From the NCBI GenBank assembly GCA_027053075.1, contig JALUEE010000040.1, positions 1 to 50,229 on the forward strand: a stretch of 50,229 bases of DNA, written 5' to 3'. Shown piece after piece: positions 23,198 to 32,897 of the stretch. Below the pieces are notes generated by a model that saw nothing but the letters and a program-made list of their open reading frames with translations, searched no databases and was not told the DNA's origin. Made by a program: the position numbers and the translations under genes. Source of the stretch: a candidate division WOR-3 bacterium (GTDB lineage: Bacteria > Hydrothermota > Hydrothermia > B15-G9 > WFZT01). Positions within the stretch are counted from its first letter, which is position 1. Each line of letters starts with the position of its first letter.

Positions 23198-23925
23198 AAA
23201 AAATTATCTTCTTCGACATCGACAAAACCCTCATTGATGAAAACTACAACTACGAGGATGGCCTGTACGTTGTAAACGAGCTCAAGAAGCTGGGGTTCGA
23301 AGTCATCCTCAATTCATCAAAGACCCGTGCTGAGCAGGAATATTATCGAAAAATATTTGGCCTCACAACACCTTTCATCTCAGAAAATGGAAGTGGAGTG
23401 TTTGTCCCAGATGGATACCTAAAAGTCAACGAGGGAGTTAAAAGGGATGGCTACATTGTTATCGAGCTTGGAGTTCCTTACGAAACGGTGGTAGCCACTC
23501 TTAATCAATATGCACAAGAGTACGGTCTTAAGTTTTATGCCAACTCTACTCTTCAAGAAATTATGGAATTTCTCAGCATGAGTGAGGAGCTCGCGAGACT
23601 TGCCATGCAGAGAGAGTACTCAGAGACGATTTTCGAATACAGCAAGAGGGGATTTGAGAAAGAGCTCGAAAAGTACAACCTCACGTGCCAGATGGGTAGC
23701 CGCTTTATCGCTGTTCTCGGCCCTACAAACAAGGGGAAGGGAATGAAAAAACTTCTCGACATCTATAGAGAAAATTTCGGTGAATTGGAGGTCTTTGCTG
23801 CAGGAGACGGTGAGAACGATTTCCCCATGTTTGAGCCTGCAGATAAATCTTTCCTCATTGGGGATAAAAATTTCCCCGGTGCCATAAAGCTCAAAAATAT
23901 CCGCGAGCTCCTTAAATTCGTATAA
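23194..23925 (+). CDS. mpgP: Mannosyl-3-phosphoglycerate phosphatase (HAD IIB)
   Basis: [41 protein letters not shown]; coupled to mpgS. Confidence 0.92.
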   Translation: MKKIIFFDIDKTLIDENYNYEDGLYVVNELKKLGFEVILNSSKTRAEQEYYRKIFGLTTPFISENGSGVFVPDGYLKVNEGVKRDGYIVIELGVPYETVVATLNQYAQEYGLKFYANSTLQEIMEFLSMSEELARLAMQREYSETIFEYSKRGFEKELEKYNLTCQMGSRFIAVLGPTNKGKGMKKLLDIYRENFGELEVFAAGDGENDFPMFEPADKSFLIGDKNFPGAIKLKNIRELLKFV

Positions 23926-24544
23926 GAAAAAGGAAAATCAGAATCGCAGCGACGGAAATTAATGAGTCCTTCCATGCCCATTTTAGAGGATCGTAAGTTG
24001 TTCGGTTTTTACACGTAAATCCCCTCGATTCCAGTGCCTCTGCGAGGTCATCGGCAAGGACAAAAATGCCGACAAGCAACGGCAGGACAAGGACTTGAAA
24101 GTTCCTCCAGCTCACATCAAGTCCTCTTGCCTGCTGAGCCTCTTTGATCTCCCTGAGTTTTACACCAATAAGCTCGACATACCGGAATGCCGATGTGAAG
24201 ATAAAAACAAAATTATATGGAAGCTTGAGGGCAAGAAGTGCCCGCGAAATCTCATCCGCATCTGTCTTTTTGAAGAATACAAACGATGAGAGGATTAGCT
24301 CCCCAAAACGCAAAGCAGTAAGAAAGCCTTCCTCAAGTGAAATGAAAATCCAGCCGATGATAAACACGGTAAGCATCATGAAGAGGAATTTTTTCAGAAA
24401 TTTCCACGTCTCCCTCACCCCTGCAAATGCCACGGAAAAGATTACAAGAGCAGAAAAAGCCGGAAGATGGAAGATCAACGTCCCCTTTACAATCACGAGC
24501 ACATCAAAGAGTATGAGTATGAGAAGCTTAACTCTCGGATCCAT
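23912..24544 (-). CDS. ecfT: ECF transporter T component
   Basis: MDPRVKL start, AQQARG and LESRG motifs. Confidence 0.9.
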   Translation of the reverse strand: MDPRVKLLILILFDVLVIVKGTLIFHLPAFSALVIFSVAFAGVRETWKFLKKFLFMMLTVFIIGWIFISLEEGFLTALRFGELILSSFVFFKKTDADEISRALLALKLPYNFVFIFTSAFRYVELIGVKLREIKEAQQARGLDVSWRNFQVLVLPLLVGIFVLADDLAEALESRGFTCKNRTTYDPLKWAWKDSLISVAAILIFLFLIRI

Positions 24545-26171
24545 TTATCGAAAGATATATTCCAGGTTCTATGTGGAGCTCTCTCATCAAATTTATGTCA
24601 TTTCTGGTGATCCGGGGAAGATTAATGATCGAACGAATTTCACCTCTATCCATCAAAACCCATTTGCATGAGATCTCCTTAGCAAATTCAACATCATGGG
24701 TCGAAACCACAATGGAAATGCCCTCGTCCCTCAGAGTCCTGATAATCCGGGCAATAGCCTTCACGGTCTCTCCATCCTGTCCTGTAGTGGGCTCATCGAG
24801 AAGGAGAACCCGCGGCTTCATGCTCAAAACTGCTGCCATGGCAACCCTCTTCTTCTCCCCCTCTGAAAGCAAAAACGGAGAACGCTCTCTTAAATCTTCA
24901 AGAGAGAGTAGATGGATGAGCTTCTCCACCCAATCATAGTTAACTGCCCGCGAGCTTGTTCGAAAATTCCCCCCTCCTCTCCTCCCCCCACGCACTTTGT
25001 GCGTGGGGGGAGGAACAAGGTGGGGGGTAAATTTTTCCTCAAAAATCAAAGAATTTGAGATTTTTTTGAACAGGTTCACTGCCCCCACCATTATCTCATC
25101 AATCACTCTCGTTTTAAAGAAAATATCCTGAGGATTATGGGGAACATATCCTACTCGCACATCTTTTTTTACCACACCCTGATCTGGCTTCAAAATACCT
25201 GCCATGAGCTTCATTAATGTGGTCTTCCCTGCACCGTTTGGTCCGAGAAGCACGATTACCTCACCTTCACGGAGAGTTAGATTGATATCCTCCACTGCCC
25301 TTTGCCCATTGTAGCTAAAGCTCACGTGTTCAAGTGAAAGCAGGAGGTTGCCTGACGTGTCTTTACAGTGGAATTCCTCTCGATACCCTTTCTTTTTTAG
25401 CCCTTCGATTATTGCCTTCCTGTCTAAATCGTTAACCCCCGCAATCTTTGCCAGTCTTACGATCTCAGGCTCGCGCACGCGGAACTCATTGAAATTGACT
25501 GCAAAGAGATCATTAGTCTTAATGCGATTTTTGCTGTCCCTGATAAAGATAAACTCATCGGAAAAGGAGAGTGCCTCATCAATTCTGTGTTCTGCAACGA
25601 TGATTAGTTTGTCTTCTAAAGATTGAAGGGTCTCTCTCAATCGCTCCCGGTTGAGGCCATCAAGGGTGGCAAAAGGCTCGTCCAGGAGAATTATTGGTGA
25701 TCCAAGGGCAATTATTGATGCCAGTGTGAGAATATGCTTCTCGCCTCCCGAGAGTTCGTGGCTCTTTTTTGATAAAATAGGCCCGAGATTCAATTTTTCC
25801 TTTATCCAGTTGAGCCTTTCGCTGATGTCATCAGGTGGGAGCCCGGCATTTTCGAGGGTAAAGATAATTTCTTTCTCCGTTCTTTCGTTAAAAATCTGAG
25901 CTTCCGGATTTTGATGAACAAAACCTGCTATCTTAAAGAGTGCACATGTGTCGCTTTCCCGCGTGTTTACACCTTTCACCAGGACCGTGCCTTTGAAATC
26001 CCCCCGATAAAAATGGGGTATGAGCCCATTTATAAACCTCAGGATTGTGGATTTGCCGCTGCCGCTTGGGCCTGTTATTACCGTGTTTTTATCGAGCTTT
26101 TCCCTTAGCTCCTCGACTGCAAAGCGTGTGCTCTTTTTATATCGAAAAGAGACATCATCAAAGATTATCAT
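24528..26171 (-). CDS. ECF transporter fused double ATPase with an in-frame 45-codon MITE-derived insert
   Basis: Two Walker A (GPSGSGKS, GPNGAGKT), two signature/Walker B sets; foreign segment NLFKK...FRTSSRAV in the second domain. Confidence 0.9.
   Translation of the reverse strand: MIIFDDVSFRYKKSTRFAVEELREKLDKNTVITGPSGSGKSTILRFINGLIPHFYRGDFKGTVLVKGVNTRESDTCALFKIAGFVHQNPEAQIFNERTEKEIIFTLENAGLPPDDISERLNWIKEKLNLGPILSKKSHELSGGEKHILTLASIIALGSPIILLDEPFATLDGLNRERLRETLQSLEDKLIIVAEHRIDEALSFSDEFIFIRDSKNRIKTNDLFAVNFNEFRVREPEIVRLAKIAGVNDLDRKAIIEGLKKKGYREEFHCKDTSGNLLLSLEHVSFSYNGQRAVEDINLTLREGEVIVLLGPNGAGKTTLMKLMAGILKPDQGVVKKDVRVGYVPHNPQDIFFKTRVIDEIMVGAVNLFKKISNSLIFEEKFTPHLVPPPTHKVRGGRRGGGNFRTSSRAVNYDWVEKLIHLLSLEDLRERSPFLLSEGEKKRVAMAAVLSMKPRVLLLDEPTTGQDGETVKAIARIIRTLRDEGISIVVSTHDVEFAKEISCKWVLMDRGEIRSIINLPRITRNDINLMRELHIEPGIYLSINGSES
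24952..25077. mobile_element. 126-bp MITE inserted in frame in the ECF ATPase gene
   Basis: Ends GAGCTTGTTCGAAAA / TTTTTGAACAGGTTC; flanks ACTGCCCGC / ACTGCCCCC; colinear with 44183-44309. Confidence 0.9.
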
Positions 26172-26656
26172 TCAAGTGCCACACCGGCCTTTTTAAGGAG
26201 ATATAGGGCAATGACTCCGAGAATGGAGCCTGTAATTGCCGCAAGCGAAAAGGCAACGATAAACGTTATCAGGGCCATTGATTTATGGAGGAAAACAGGA
26301 CCAACGAAGAGAGCACTCGTTATAGCGGCAATGAGGCCTGTTCCGATCACCTCACCCAGAGCAGCGATTATGATATTTTTTGATAAAATCCATGCGTATC
26401 CCACAAGGAAGGCACCAATCATGCCACCAGGGAAGGCAAAAATTGTGCCGGTGCCCAGAAGATTTCTGATGATAGCGGCAGCACCGGCAACTGCAGTGGC
26501 ATACCAGGGCCCCACAAGTACCCCGGCAATGACATTAATCATACTCTGGAATGGAAACACTTTTGTGATCCCAATGGGAATAAAAATAGGTGAGAGAACC
26601 ACAGCAAGGGCTGTTAAGACCACAGAATAAGCCACTTTTTTAGTTGCACTCATCAT
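26168..26656 (-). CDS. thiW: ECF S component ThiW (thiazole uptake)
   Basis: FPFQSMINV..GV.VGP.Y, IRNLLGTGTIFAFPGGMIGA, GEVIGTG; GGAGG SD before ATG 26656/26653. Confidence 0.9.
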   Translation of the reverse strand: MMSATKKVAYSVVLTALAVVLSPIFIPIGITKVFPFQSMINVIAGVLVGPWYATAVAGAAAIIRNLLGTGTIFAFPGGMIGAFLVGYAWILSKNIIIAALGEVIGTGLIAAITSALFVGPVFLHKSMALITFIVAFSLAAITGSILGVIALYLLKKAGVALE

Positions 26657-26724
26657 TCCAACCTCCAAGGGAAATATACTAAATTTTAAAAAACACAGGC
26701 AAGACTATCAAATCGCATTTGCTT

Positions 26725-28354
26725 CCCAAATCCTCAGCTAAGGAAAATTTTGGTCTCGATCAGGCCATCCTGATGCTTATCTCCACACCCTCTCTACCAA
26801 CTCCACTGGCTCACTGCTGTTTCTTGACTATTTCTATCCACTCATCTCCCTGATCTCTCCTTTCCTTTTGTATACCTATCCCATCTTCTTTGTAGTAGAA
26901 CCAATCGATATGTGTCACACGTTTCATTCTCAATCCCAACTCCTTCTATGGCCCCATCGCCATTAGCATCCTCTCCCATATCACCCTGTACCCATATCCC
27001 CTCGGAAACGACATCCATAACCTCCTACTATGCCTCACTATGTACACCCCTACACTTAACAAAAACCTTATCGTCTTTACCGTATATTCCTTCCACCTAC
27101 CAGGTAACATCTCCATCTGCATTATCCTGAATAATACTTGCGTTAATATCAATACCTGCATATACGCCGCATTCGCCATAAATTCTCCTGTCGGCATCCT
27201 CCTCATCCCTATATCATATTTCATCTCCTTGAATACATTCTCCGCTCTACCCCTTCCATCATACCATCTTATCACTTCCTCCGCACTGTATTCCTCATAC
27301 GGCAAATTCGTTATCACCCCAAAATACTTATACTCCTTCCCAAATAATCCCTCCCCTGTCTCCCTCCTCAAAAATACCAATCTGAATGGCCCCACCATCT
27401 TCTTCCGATTATTACCCACTACATGCACTGCCTCCGCTATCCATGCCCCTGCCTCGTATTCCCTCCACTCCTCTTCCTTTATCCCGCTCAATGTCTCCTT
27501 CACCGCAGCATCCATCTCCGCCCCTATGCAAAATGGTACCCCATGCTCGTCCAAAAACCTCATCACCTCCATCTGATACCCCGCACTGTCACTCCTAAAC
27601 CACACCTTATCCCTCAATGACGATGGCAACCTGAAATATGCCAGCCTCAATAAACTTAAATTGTTCGCATGTGGCGGTACATTCCCCTCCCTGAATACTC
27701 CTGCATAAATAACCCTTAATTCATCTATTATGATAAATATCGGATCATATCCCCTGAACCCCTTGTATGTATATTTCGCCTCCCTATTGTAACTCTCTAT
27801 TAAACTCGCATCTAAGTCCAATGTTATCCGCTCCAATCCCTTCCTCTCCAAAACCCTGTTTATAACCTTCGAAATTATCCTCGATAACCTTGCTATGTAA
27901 AGTGGATGCTCCCCTATCTTCCTCAGTGTCTCGCCAAGAGTGGTTGGAGCAGGAATACTATCCATGCTTAAAAATAAGGATAGTGCTTTTTCTCTTCTCA
28001 ACATCTCAATGTGGTCTAAAGCATTGCCACCAGCGGCAAGGAGTGAGACGAGACTGGCAATTTTTTCAGCAATGGTGTATCCTCTTTCACGTATGTTGAG
28101 CTTAAGTTTTAGATTGATCATTTTCCAGATGCCTAATTTATCACCGATGGAGAGGATGGGGAGAATGATGGGGTGGGAGAGGATGAAGCCCTTTTTGATA
28201 GAGATAATTTTGACTTTTCGGAGGTTTTTAACTAGTTTCATTTTATAGCCTCCTGTGGTTTATTTCACCCAATGGGTGATGTTAAATAACATGTAAAAAT
28301 TATAAACCACAGGGGGCTTCCTTATTTCCAGATTATCTTATATGAGGATTAGGG
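26725..28354 (-). mobile_element. IS1380-family insertion sequence
   Basis: Imperfect TIR CCCAAATCCTCAGCTAAG vs CCCTAATCCTCATATAAG (reverse complement of right end); no TSD visible. Confidence 0.8.
26946..28241 (-). CDS. IS1380-family transposase
   Basis: ITLDLDAS, YKGFRGYDP, FREGN, RSDSAG, YDGRGRAENVFKEMK, FMANAA. Confidence 0.9.
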   Translation of the reverse strand: MKLVKNLRKVKIISIKKGFILSHPIILPILSIGDKLGIWKMINLKLKLNIRERGYTIAEKIASLVSLLAAGGNALDHIEMLRREKALSLFLSMDSIPAPTTLGETLRKIGEHPLYIARLSRIISKVINRVLERKGLERITLDLDASLIESYNREAKYTYKGFRGYDPIFIIIDELRVIYAGVFREGNVPPHANNLSLLRLAYFRLPSSLRDKVWFRSDSAGYQMEVMRFLDEHGVPFCIGAEMDAAVKETLSGIKEEEWREYEAGAWIAEAVHVVGNNRKKMVGPFRLVFLRRETGEGLFGKEYKYFGVITNLPYEEYSAEEVIRWYDGRGRAENVFKEMKYDIGMRRMPTGEFMANAAYMQVLILTQVLFRIMQMEMLPGRWKEYTVKTIRFLLSVGVYIVRHSRRLWMSFPRGYGYRVIWERMLMAMGP

Positions 28355-28698
28355 TAGTCTAATTAAGAAATTTAGCCGGCACGCACAAAGTTCATGGGGA
28401 AGAATAAAGGCGGAAATAATTTACTTAACAACGAAGTAATTTGGACATTCTCATCATTACAGCCGAACACAGATTTTTACTTAAAAACCGTGATGGTGAC
28501 AAGAATACCCCAAAAACTTTCATTAACAGGTGGAAATGCTCCATTAGAGGGTAACCAAATTTCGGGGTATCTTCCTCTTAACTTAGGGGGAAAGTAAAAT
28601 CTCGAACGGTGGCGAAGTCGATTTCTCCAAAACAAGTAACAGGTTCAATATTTGACTTAGATTTGTTTATCTTTTAAAATATCCGTAGGAGGTGCAAA

Positions 28699-29463
28699 AT
28701 GGGATTAATTCTTATGCAACTATTATTGAGCCTATCCCTTGAAAAGGCGATGGGGTATACCGCCATGAGTATTTCCATGTCGCAGTTGTTAATGGGGCAT
28801 TACGGTCTTGATTACCACGAGGGAGAAAGAGTAGCAGCATCGCTTGCTCTCATGCCAGTCTCGATATATCTTGGGGTTAAGGACACATCTCCTTCTGATA
28901 AAAATTCGCTTCGAATTAAGGTATCATATTCTAAATTTTCTGGTCAAACATGGCACAGGAACGCAAGAGTGAAATTAGAATTGAAGGATTTCACTACCAC
29001 AACGCTGAGCATGTATTTCTTTCCAGATAGGCATTTAAATCTGATGATAAGACTGTCAAAACCCAAATTGGTTAGTGCCATCAAAACGAGAAGTGGAATC
29101 CTTATCGGTAGATACGTATCTGATAACACCACCGTGGTCGAGGCGCTTTTAAACCTATATACACCCTTCTGGTATAAAACGAGATTCTTCGTTTATGGAG
29201 GTTATGATTTGAGTGCGACAACAGACCTGGAGATCAAATATTTCAGTACCTATTATCCTGCCACAGAAAAGAACCTGCAGTTCTATTCCCGCTCTATCGG
29301 TGGGGGTGTCGAGGTAAATTTTCGTAAACTGTATTTTTCAGTCTCATACGAGGACCATGAATTTCGCATTCCTGTGAGATATGCAAGTCCGGATTTATTT
29401 TATAGTTCTGAGGAAAAATTTAAGTTCAAGGTAATCTCAGGAGGGATTGGCTATGCGTTTTAA
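28699..29463 (+). CDS. Hypothetical outer-membrane beta-barrel-like protein
   Basis: TTGACT-17-TAAAAT promoter, AGGAGGT SD; C-terminal GGIGYAF barrel signature. Confidence 0.6.
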   Translation: MGLILMQLLLSLSLEKAMGYTAMSISMSQLLMGHYGLDYHEGERVAASLALMPVSIYLGVKDTSPSDKNSLRIKVSYSKFSGQTWHRNARVKLELKDFTTTTLSMYFFPDRHLNLMIRLSKPKLVSAIKTRSGILIGRYVSDNTTVVEALLNLYTPFWYKTRFFVYGGYDLSATTDLEIKYFSTYYPATEKNLQFYSRSIGGGVEVNFRKLYFSVSYEDHEFRIPVRYASPDLFYSSEEKFKFKVISGGIGYAF

Positions 29464-30289
29464 ATTATTGATTATATCAATCCTGATTTTTTTGGTCTCT
29501 GCCTGTCAACAGCCGGAAATACCGGTTGTAGAAAGACCCTGCTCCTGTGTAACCATTGAAAGTTATTATACTTATGAGTTCATCAAAAAACTCAAATCGG
29601 GAATAAATTTTTTAAGAGCTCTTAATTACCGTTATTATCTCGAATTCGGGCACAGAAAATATCCGATTTCATCTTCCACTACTGGACCGGTCTGGGATGT
29701 AGCTATGCTGGGTAGGAATAAAGTTCTAATTCAATACATGGATACAATGGCCACTGCTTACTTTGAGTACTGGGGGAGTTCACCTGTAATCTCGTTTCTA
29801 CCGTACAACCCTTCATATACAGGTCTATACAACAGGGACAGCGTATCTGTTTATGGAATACGAAATGATTCAGTTTTCGTCTATTATCCTGACAGTAACA
29901 GAGAAGAGTTATTTACTGTGCTCCCCTTTAACACAAGACACATAATCGTCTCACCTGAAGGAAGATATGTGGGAAGTTCTGATGGAAGGATCTTTGATGT
30001 AGTTGAAAATCGACTGGCAGGAGATTTTAGCTCTCTTGGATGGGATTTTGATTTTGTTGATGACAGTACGGTGATCTTTGGTGATTCAGTGGAAGGATTC
30101 TCCGTGAAATGGCTCAACGTAACGAATGGAGTAATTATAAAAGCCATACCTGTCACATACCAATGGGCATCTAAACCGGTCCAGATTTATGGATATCTGT
30201 ATTTTATATCAGGAGATCCCTCCCTAAGAACATACATAAACTACGATTATGGAGTTAGTGGGGAACTGACAGGGTGTGATTTAGAGTAG
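29447..30289 (+). CDS. Hypothetical lipoprotein, possible beta-propeller
   Basis: Lipobox LVSAC; VSPEGRY repeat-like motif; overlaps the upstream gene. Confidence 0.65.
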   Translation: MAMRFKLLIISILIFLVSACQQPEIPVVERPCSCVTIESYYTYEFIKKLKSGINFLRALNYRYYLEFGHRKYPISSSTTGPVWDVAMLGRNKVLIQYMDTMATAYFEYWGSSPVISFLPYNPSYTGLYNRDSVSVYGIRNDSVFVYYPDSNREELFTVLPFNTRHIIVSPEGRYVGSSDGRIFDVVENRLAGDFSSLGWDFDFVDDSTVIFGDSVEGFSVKWLNVTNGVIIKAIPVTYQWASKPVQIYGYLYFISGDPSLRTYINYDYGVSGELTGCDLE

Positions 30290-30553
30290 TTCTTAGCCTT
30301 TTAGGGTTTTGAAATTGTATTTTACAAGGAGGGGATTTTTTGAATCGGTTGGTGAAGATTTCCTAACAAGTGTATCCCCATCGTAAAAAAATTCTACCAA
30401 GCCGCGTGTTAGTGAAAATTTATTAAGACATTTCATGGGGACTGAAGGGGTAGTTTAGTAGTTACCGTGGGATATTCAGTGGAAGGTTTTTGTATAAAAT
30501 GTTTGAACCACCACTTAAGAATATTTATAATATCGTTTATCAGGAGGTGTGTC

Positions 30554-31924
30554 ATGAAATATTTAATCATATATGCAATGATTATTGTGCCATTAATGGC
30601 ACAAAGTAACTATAGCCTCGAGTGGGCTGATACCGTGAATCTAAGCTCTATAGATAATTCAAACGGGATAGCTGTAAAAGGTGATAGGGTTTACACTGTT
30701 GGATACTTTGGCGATATATGGACAAATCTTGATATCTGTTTAATTGAATATGACACTTCAGGCTCGCTCCTGAGAATAGATACATTGAACATTGGAAGAT
30801 ATGATTATGGAACTGATGTCGCAGTTGACAACAGTGGAAATATTTACGTGGCAGGGGTTCTCGCTCAGGGCACTAACTACAATTACGGCATCATAAAGCT
30901 TGACACTAATTTCAATATACAATGGATTGACACCATTCCTAATGGGCCTGATCCATGGTTCCAATGTCGTCTCGCTCTGGACCAGTATGGCAATATTTAC
31001 GCTGCAGGTAACATCAGGGCTAAAGGACTAAATATATTTGTAAAGAAAATATCACCAGATGGTTCAATTGTGTGGACGCAGACCTTCGATTATGGATATG
31101 ACGACGATATAATGGCCATCGTATATTCAAACACAGGCTATGTATACATTGCCGGGAAATCCAACAACGGTTCCAATGACGACATTTTCGTGGGTAAGGT
31201 TTCTACTTCAGATGGCCACATGCAATGGTATAAGACAATTGATTATGGCGGTGATGACCAGGCATGGGGGATTGCTGTGGATAACGATGGCGCACCCTAT
31301 GTAGCAGGTTTTGTGCACGAAAACGACCTGAAAAATGTATTCCTCGCCAAGTTGGACCCCACCAACTCTGCTGTCTTATGGGCAACTACATACAATGGTG
31401 GAAGAAATGATTGGGCAAACGGTCTTGCCATCGATGATTCTGGGAATCTATTTTTAACAGGCGGTTCTGAAAACGCCCACAACGCTGATCTCATCGTCCT
31501 CGAATACACAAGTAATGGAAGCCTCGTATGGGCAGACACGGTTGACAACGGACACGGTGATTCAGGTCATGACATAACAATAGACCCTCAGGGGAATCTC
31601 TATGTTACCGGTGTAACACAGCTCTCAAATAGAGACATCTTGAACCTGAAATACCAGAAATCCAATACTGGAGTTGGAGAGCACACTATTATTTCACCTT
31701 ATTTCGTGAAAACTTCATGTGGTGCAGGAAGGTTGATAATCTCTTACAACGCCCCTGCACATTCTACACTGTACGTTATAAACGCTGCGGGCCAAATTTT
31801 AAATAAGAGAACAGTTGCAGGAAAAGGCAGTTTAATTTTGAAAAATTTACCTGCAGGCGCTTATGGAATATACATGGCAGGAAAAACGTATCACGGATTT
31901 AAGAAGGCCATAGTCGTGAGATAG
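30554..31924 (+). CDS. Secreted SBBP-like beta-propeller repeat protein with T9SS-type C-terminal domain
   Basis: About 7 repeats of D...IAVD..GNIYV.G......K....G...W; tail GVGE...YVINAAGQ...LPAGAY...KAIVVR; AGGAGGT SD before ATG 30554. Confidence 0.8.
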   Translation: MKYLIIYAMIIVPLMAQSNYSLEWADTVNLSSIDNSNGIAVKGDRVYTVGYFGDIWTNLDICLIEYDTSGSLLRIDTLNIGRYDYGTDVAVDNSGNIYVAGVLAQGTNYNYGIIKLDTNFNIQWIDTIPNGPDPWFQCRLALDQYGNIYAAGNIRAKGLNIFVKKISPDGSIVWTQTFDYGYDDDIMAIVYSNTGYVYIAGKSNNGSNDDIFVGKVSTSDGHMQWYKTIDYGGDDQAWGIAVDNDGAPYVAGFVHENDLKNVFLAKLDPTNSAVLWATTYNGGRNDWANGLAIDDSGNLFLTGGSENAHNADLIVLEYTSNGSLVWADTVDNGHGDSGHDITIDPQGNLYVTGVTQLSNRDILNLKYQKSNTGVGEHTIISPYFVKTSCGAGRLIISYNAPAHSTLYVINAAGQILNKRTVAGKGSLILKNLPAGAYGIYMAGKTYHGFKKAIVVR

Positions 31925-31959
31925 AGACAGATTTAAAAGGCGGAGAAGTCGTTCTTGTT

Positions 31960-31997
31960 TATTGTGCCATGCACTTCGTGCATGGCACAATATTTTT
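31960..31997 (+). terminator. Intrinsic terminator-like hairpin
   Basis: TATTGTGCCATGCAC-TTC-GTGCATGGCACAATA followed by TTTTT. Confidence 0.7.
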
Positions 31998-32078
31998 CAC
32001 GTAAGTTCGTTTTTCATTGGATTTAATGGGGTTTTGGCGTTATAATATTGGCAGTTTGTTTGCAAGGGGTGTTTAAAG

Positions 32079-32897
32079 TTGATATATCTTCCGGACGAAT
32101 TTCCTGAAAATGATTCGATATATTCAAAAAAATATGCAGCCATAGACCTTGAGACAACAGGTCTATCCTTTAGAAATGACAGAATTGTCGAGATCGGCAT
32201 TGTTGTCTGGAAATCAGGAGAGAAAGTCAAAGAATTCTCTTCTCTCATCAATCCGGAAAGACCCATTTCTAAAAATTCGTATAGGGTTCACGGAATTGCA
32301 GACAGGATGGTTACAAACTCACCAACATTCAGTGAAATAGCAGACACGGTAGTTGACTTGTTGAAGGGTACCATTCTTCTGGGTTACAACATATTTGCTG
32401 CAGACCTTGCCTTTTTGAACAAGGAGTTGAGACAGGCTGGCAGAAAGCCCATATTTAATCCCATCATTGACACTTACCTCGTTTCCCGCAAATGTTTTCC
32501 AAACCTCAAAAGCAGGTCACTGAGCTCAGTTGCCGAAAGTCTCGGCATAAAGGTTGGAACCGTTCACAGGGCCCTTGAGGATGCAAGGTTGACCATGAAA
32601 ATCTGGCTCAGGATGCTCGATAAATTCAAGGCTTTAGGGATAAAAACATTCCATGACCTCAAAGAACTTGGATATCTCAACGGGCGCATAAAGAGAAAAG
32701 CCCGCGAAATCCTCGAATTGGCCAAAGTTTCGGGGTACGTGAGAATTGTTTATCAATCCCCGTATAGCGGGAGAACAGAAAGGGTGATCGAACCTCTCTC
32801 TATCAGGGGAAATAAACTTGATGCCTATTGCTACCTGAGGGAGGACTTCAGAACATTTGAGCTCTCTCGAATAGTCGAAATCAAGGGTGTTGGATAA
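32079..32897 (+). CDS. DEDDh (DnaQ-like) 3'-5' exonuclease fused to a C-terminal WYL domain
   Basis: IDLETTG, YN...DL.FL, HRALEDA; C-terminal IVYQS...TERVIEP......LDAYCYLREDFRTFELSRI. Confidence 0.85.
   Translation: MIYLPDEFPENDSIYSKKYAAIDLETTGLSFRNDRIVEIGIVVWKSGEKVKEFSSLINPERPISKNSYRVHGIADRMVTNSPTFSEIADTVVDLLKGTILLGYNIFAADLAFLNKELRQAGRKPIFNPIIDTYLVSRKCFPNLKSRSLSSVAESLGIKVGTVHRALEDARLTMKIWLRMLDKFKALGIKTFHDLKELGYLNGRIKRKAREILELAKVSGYVRIVYQSPYSGRTERVIEPLSIRGNKLDAYCYLREDFRTFELSRIVEIKGVG

Noticed and set aside
28264..28283. ATGGGTGATGT in the IS1380 leader matching part of the IS4 terminal repeat
   Set aside because: Only 11 nt and lacks the terminal CAG; cannot be told from chance
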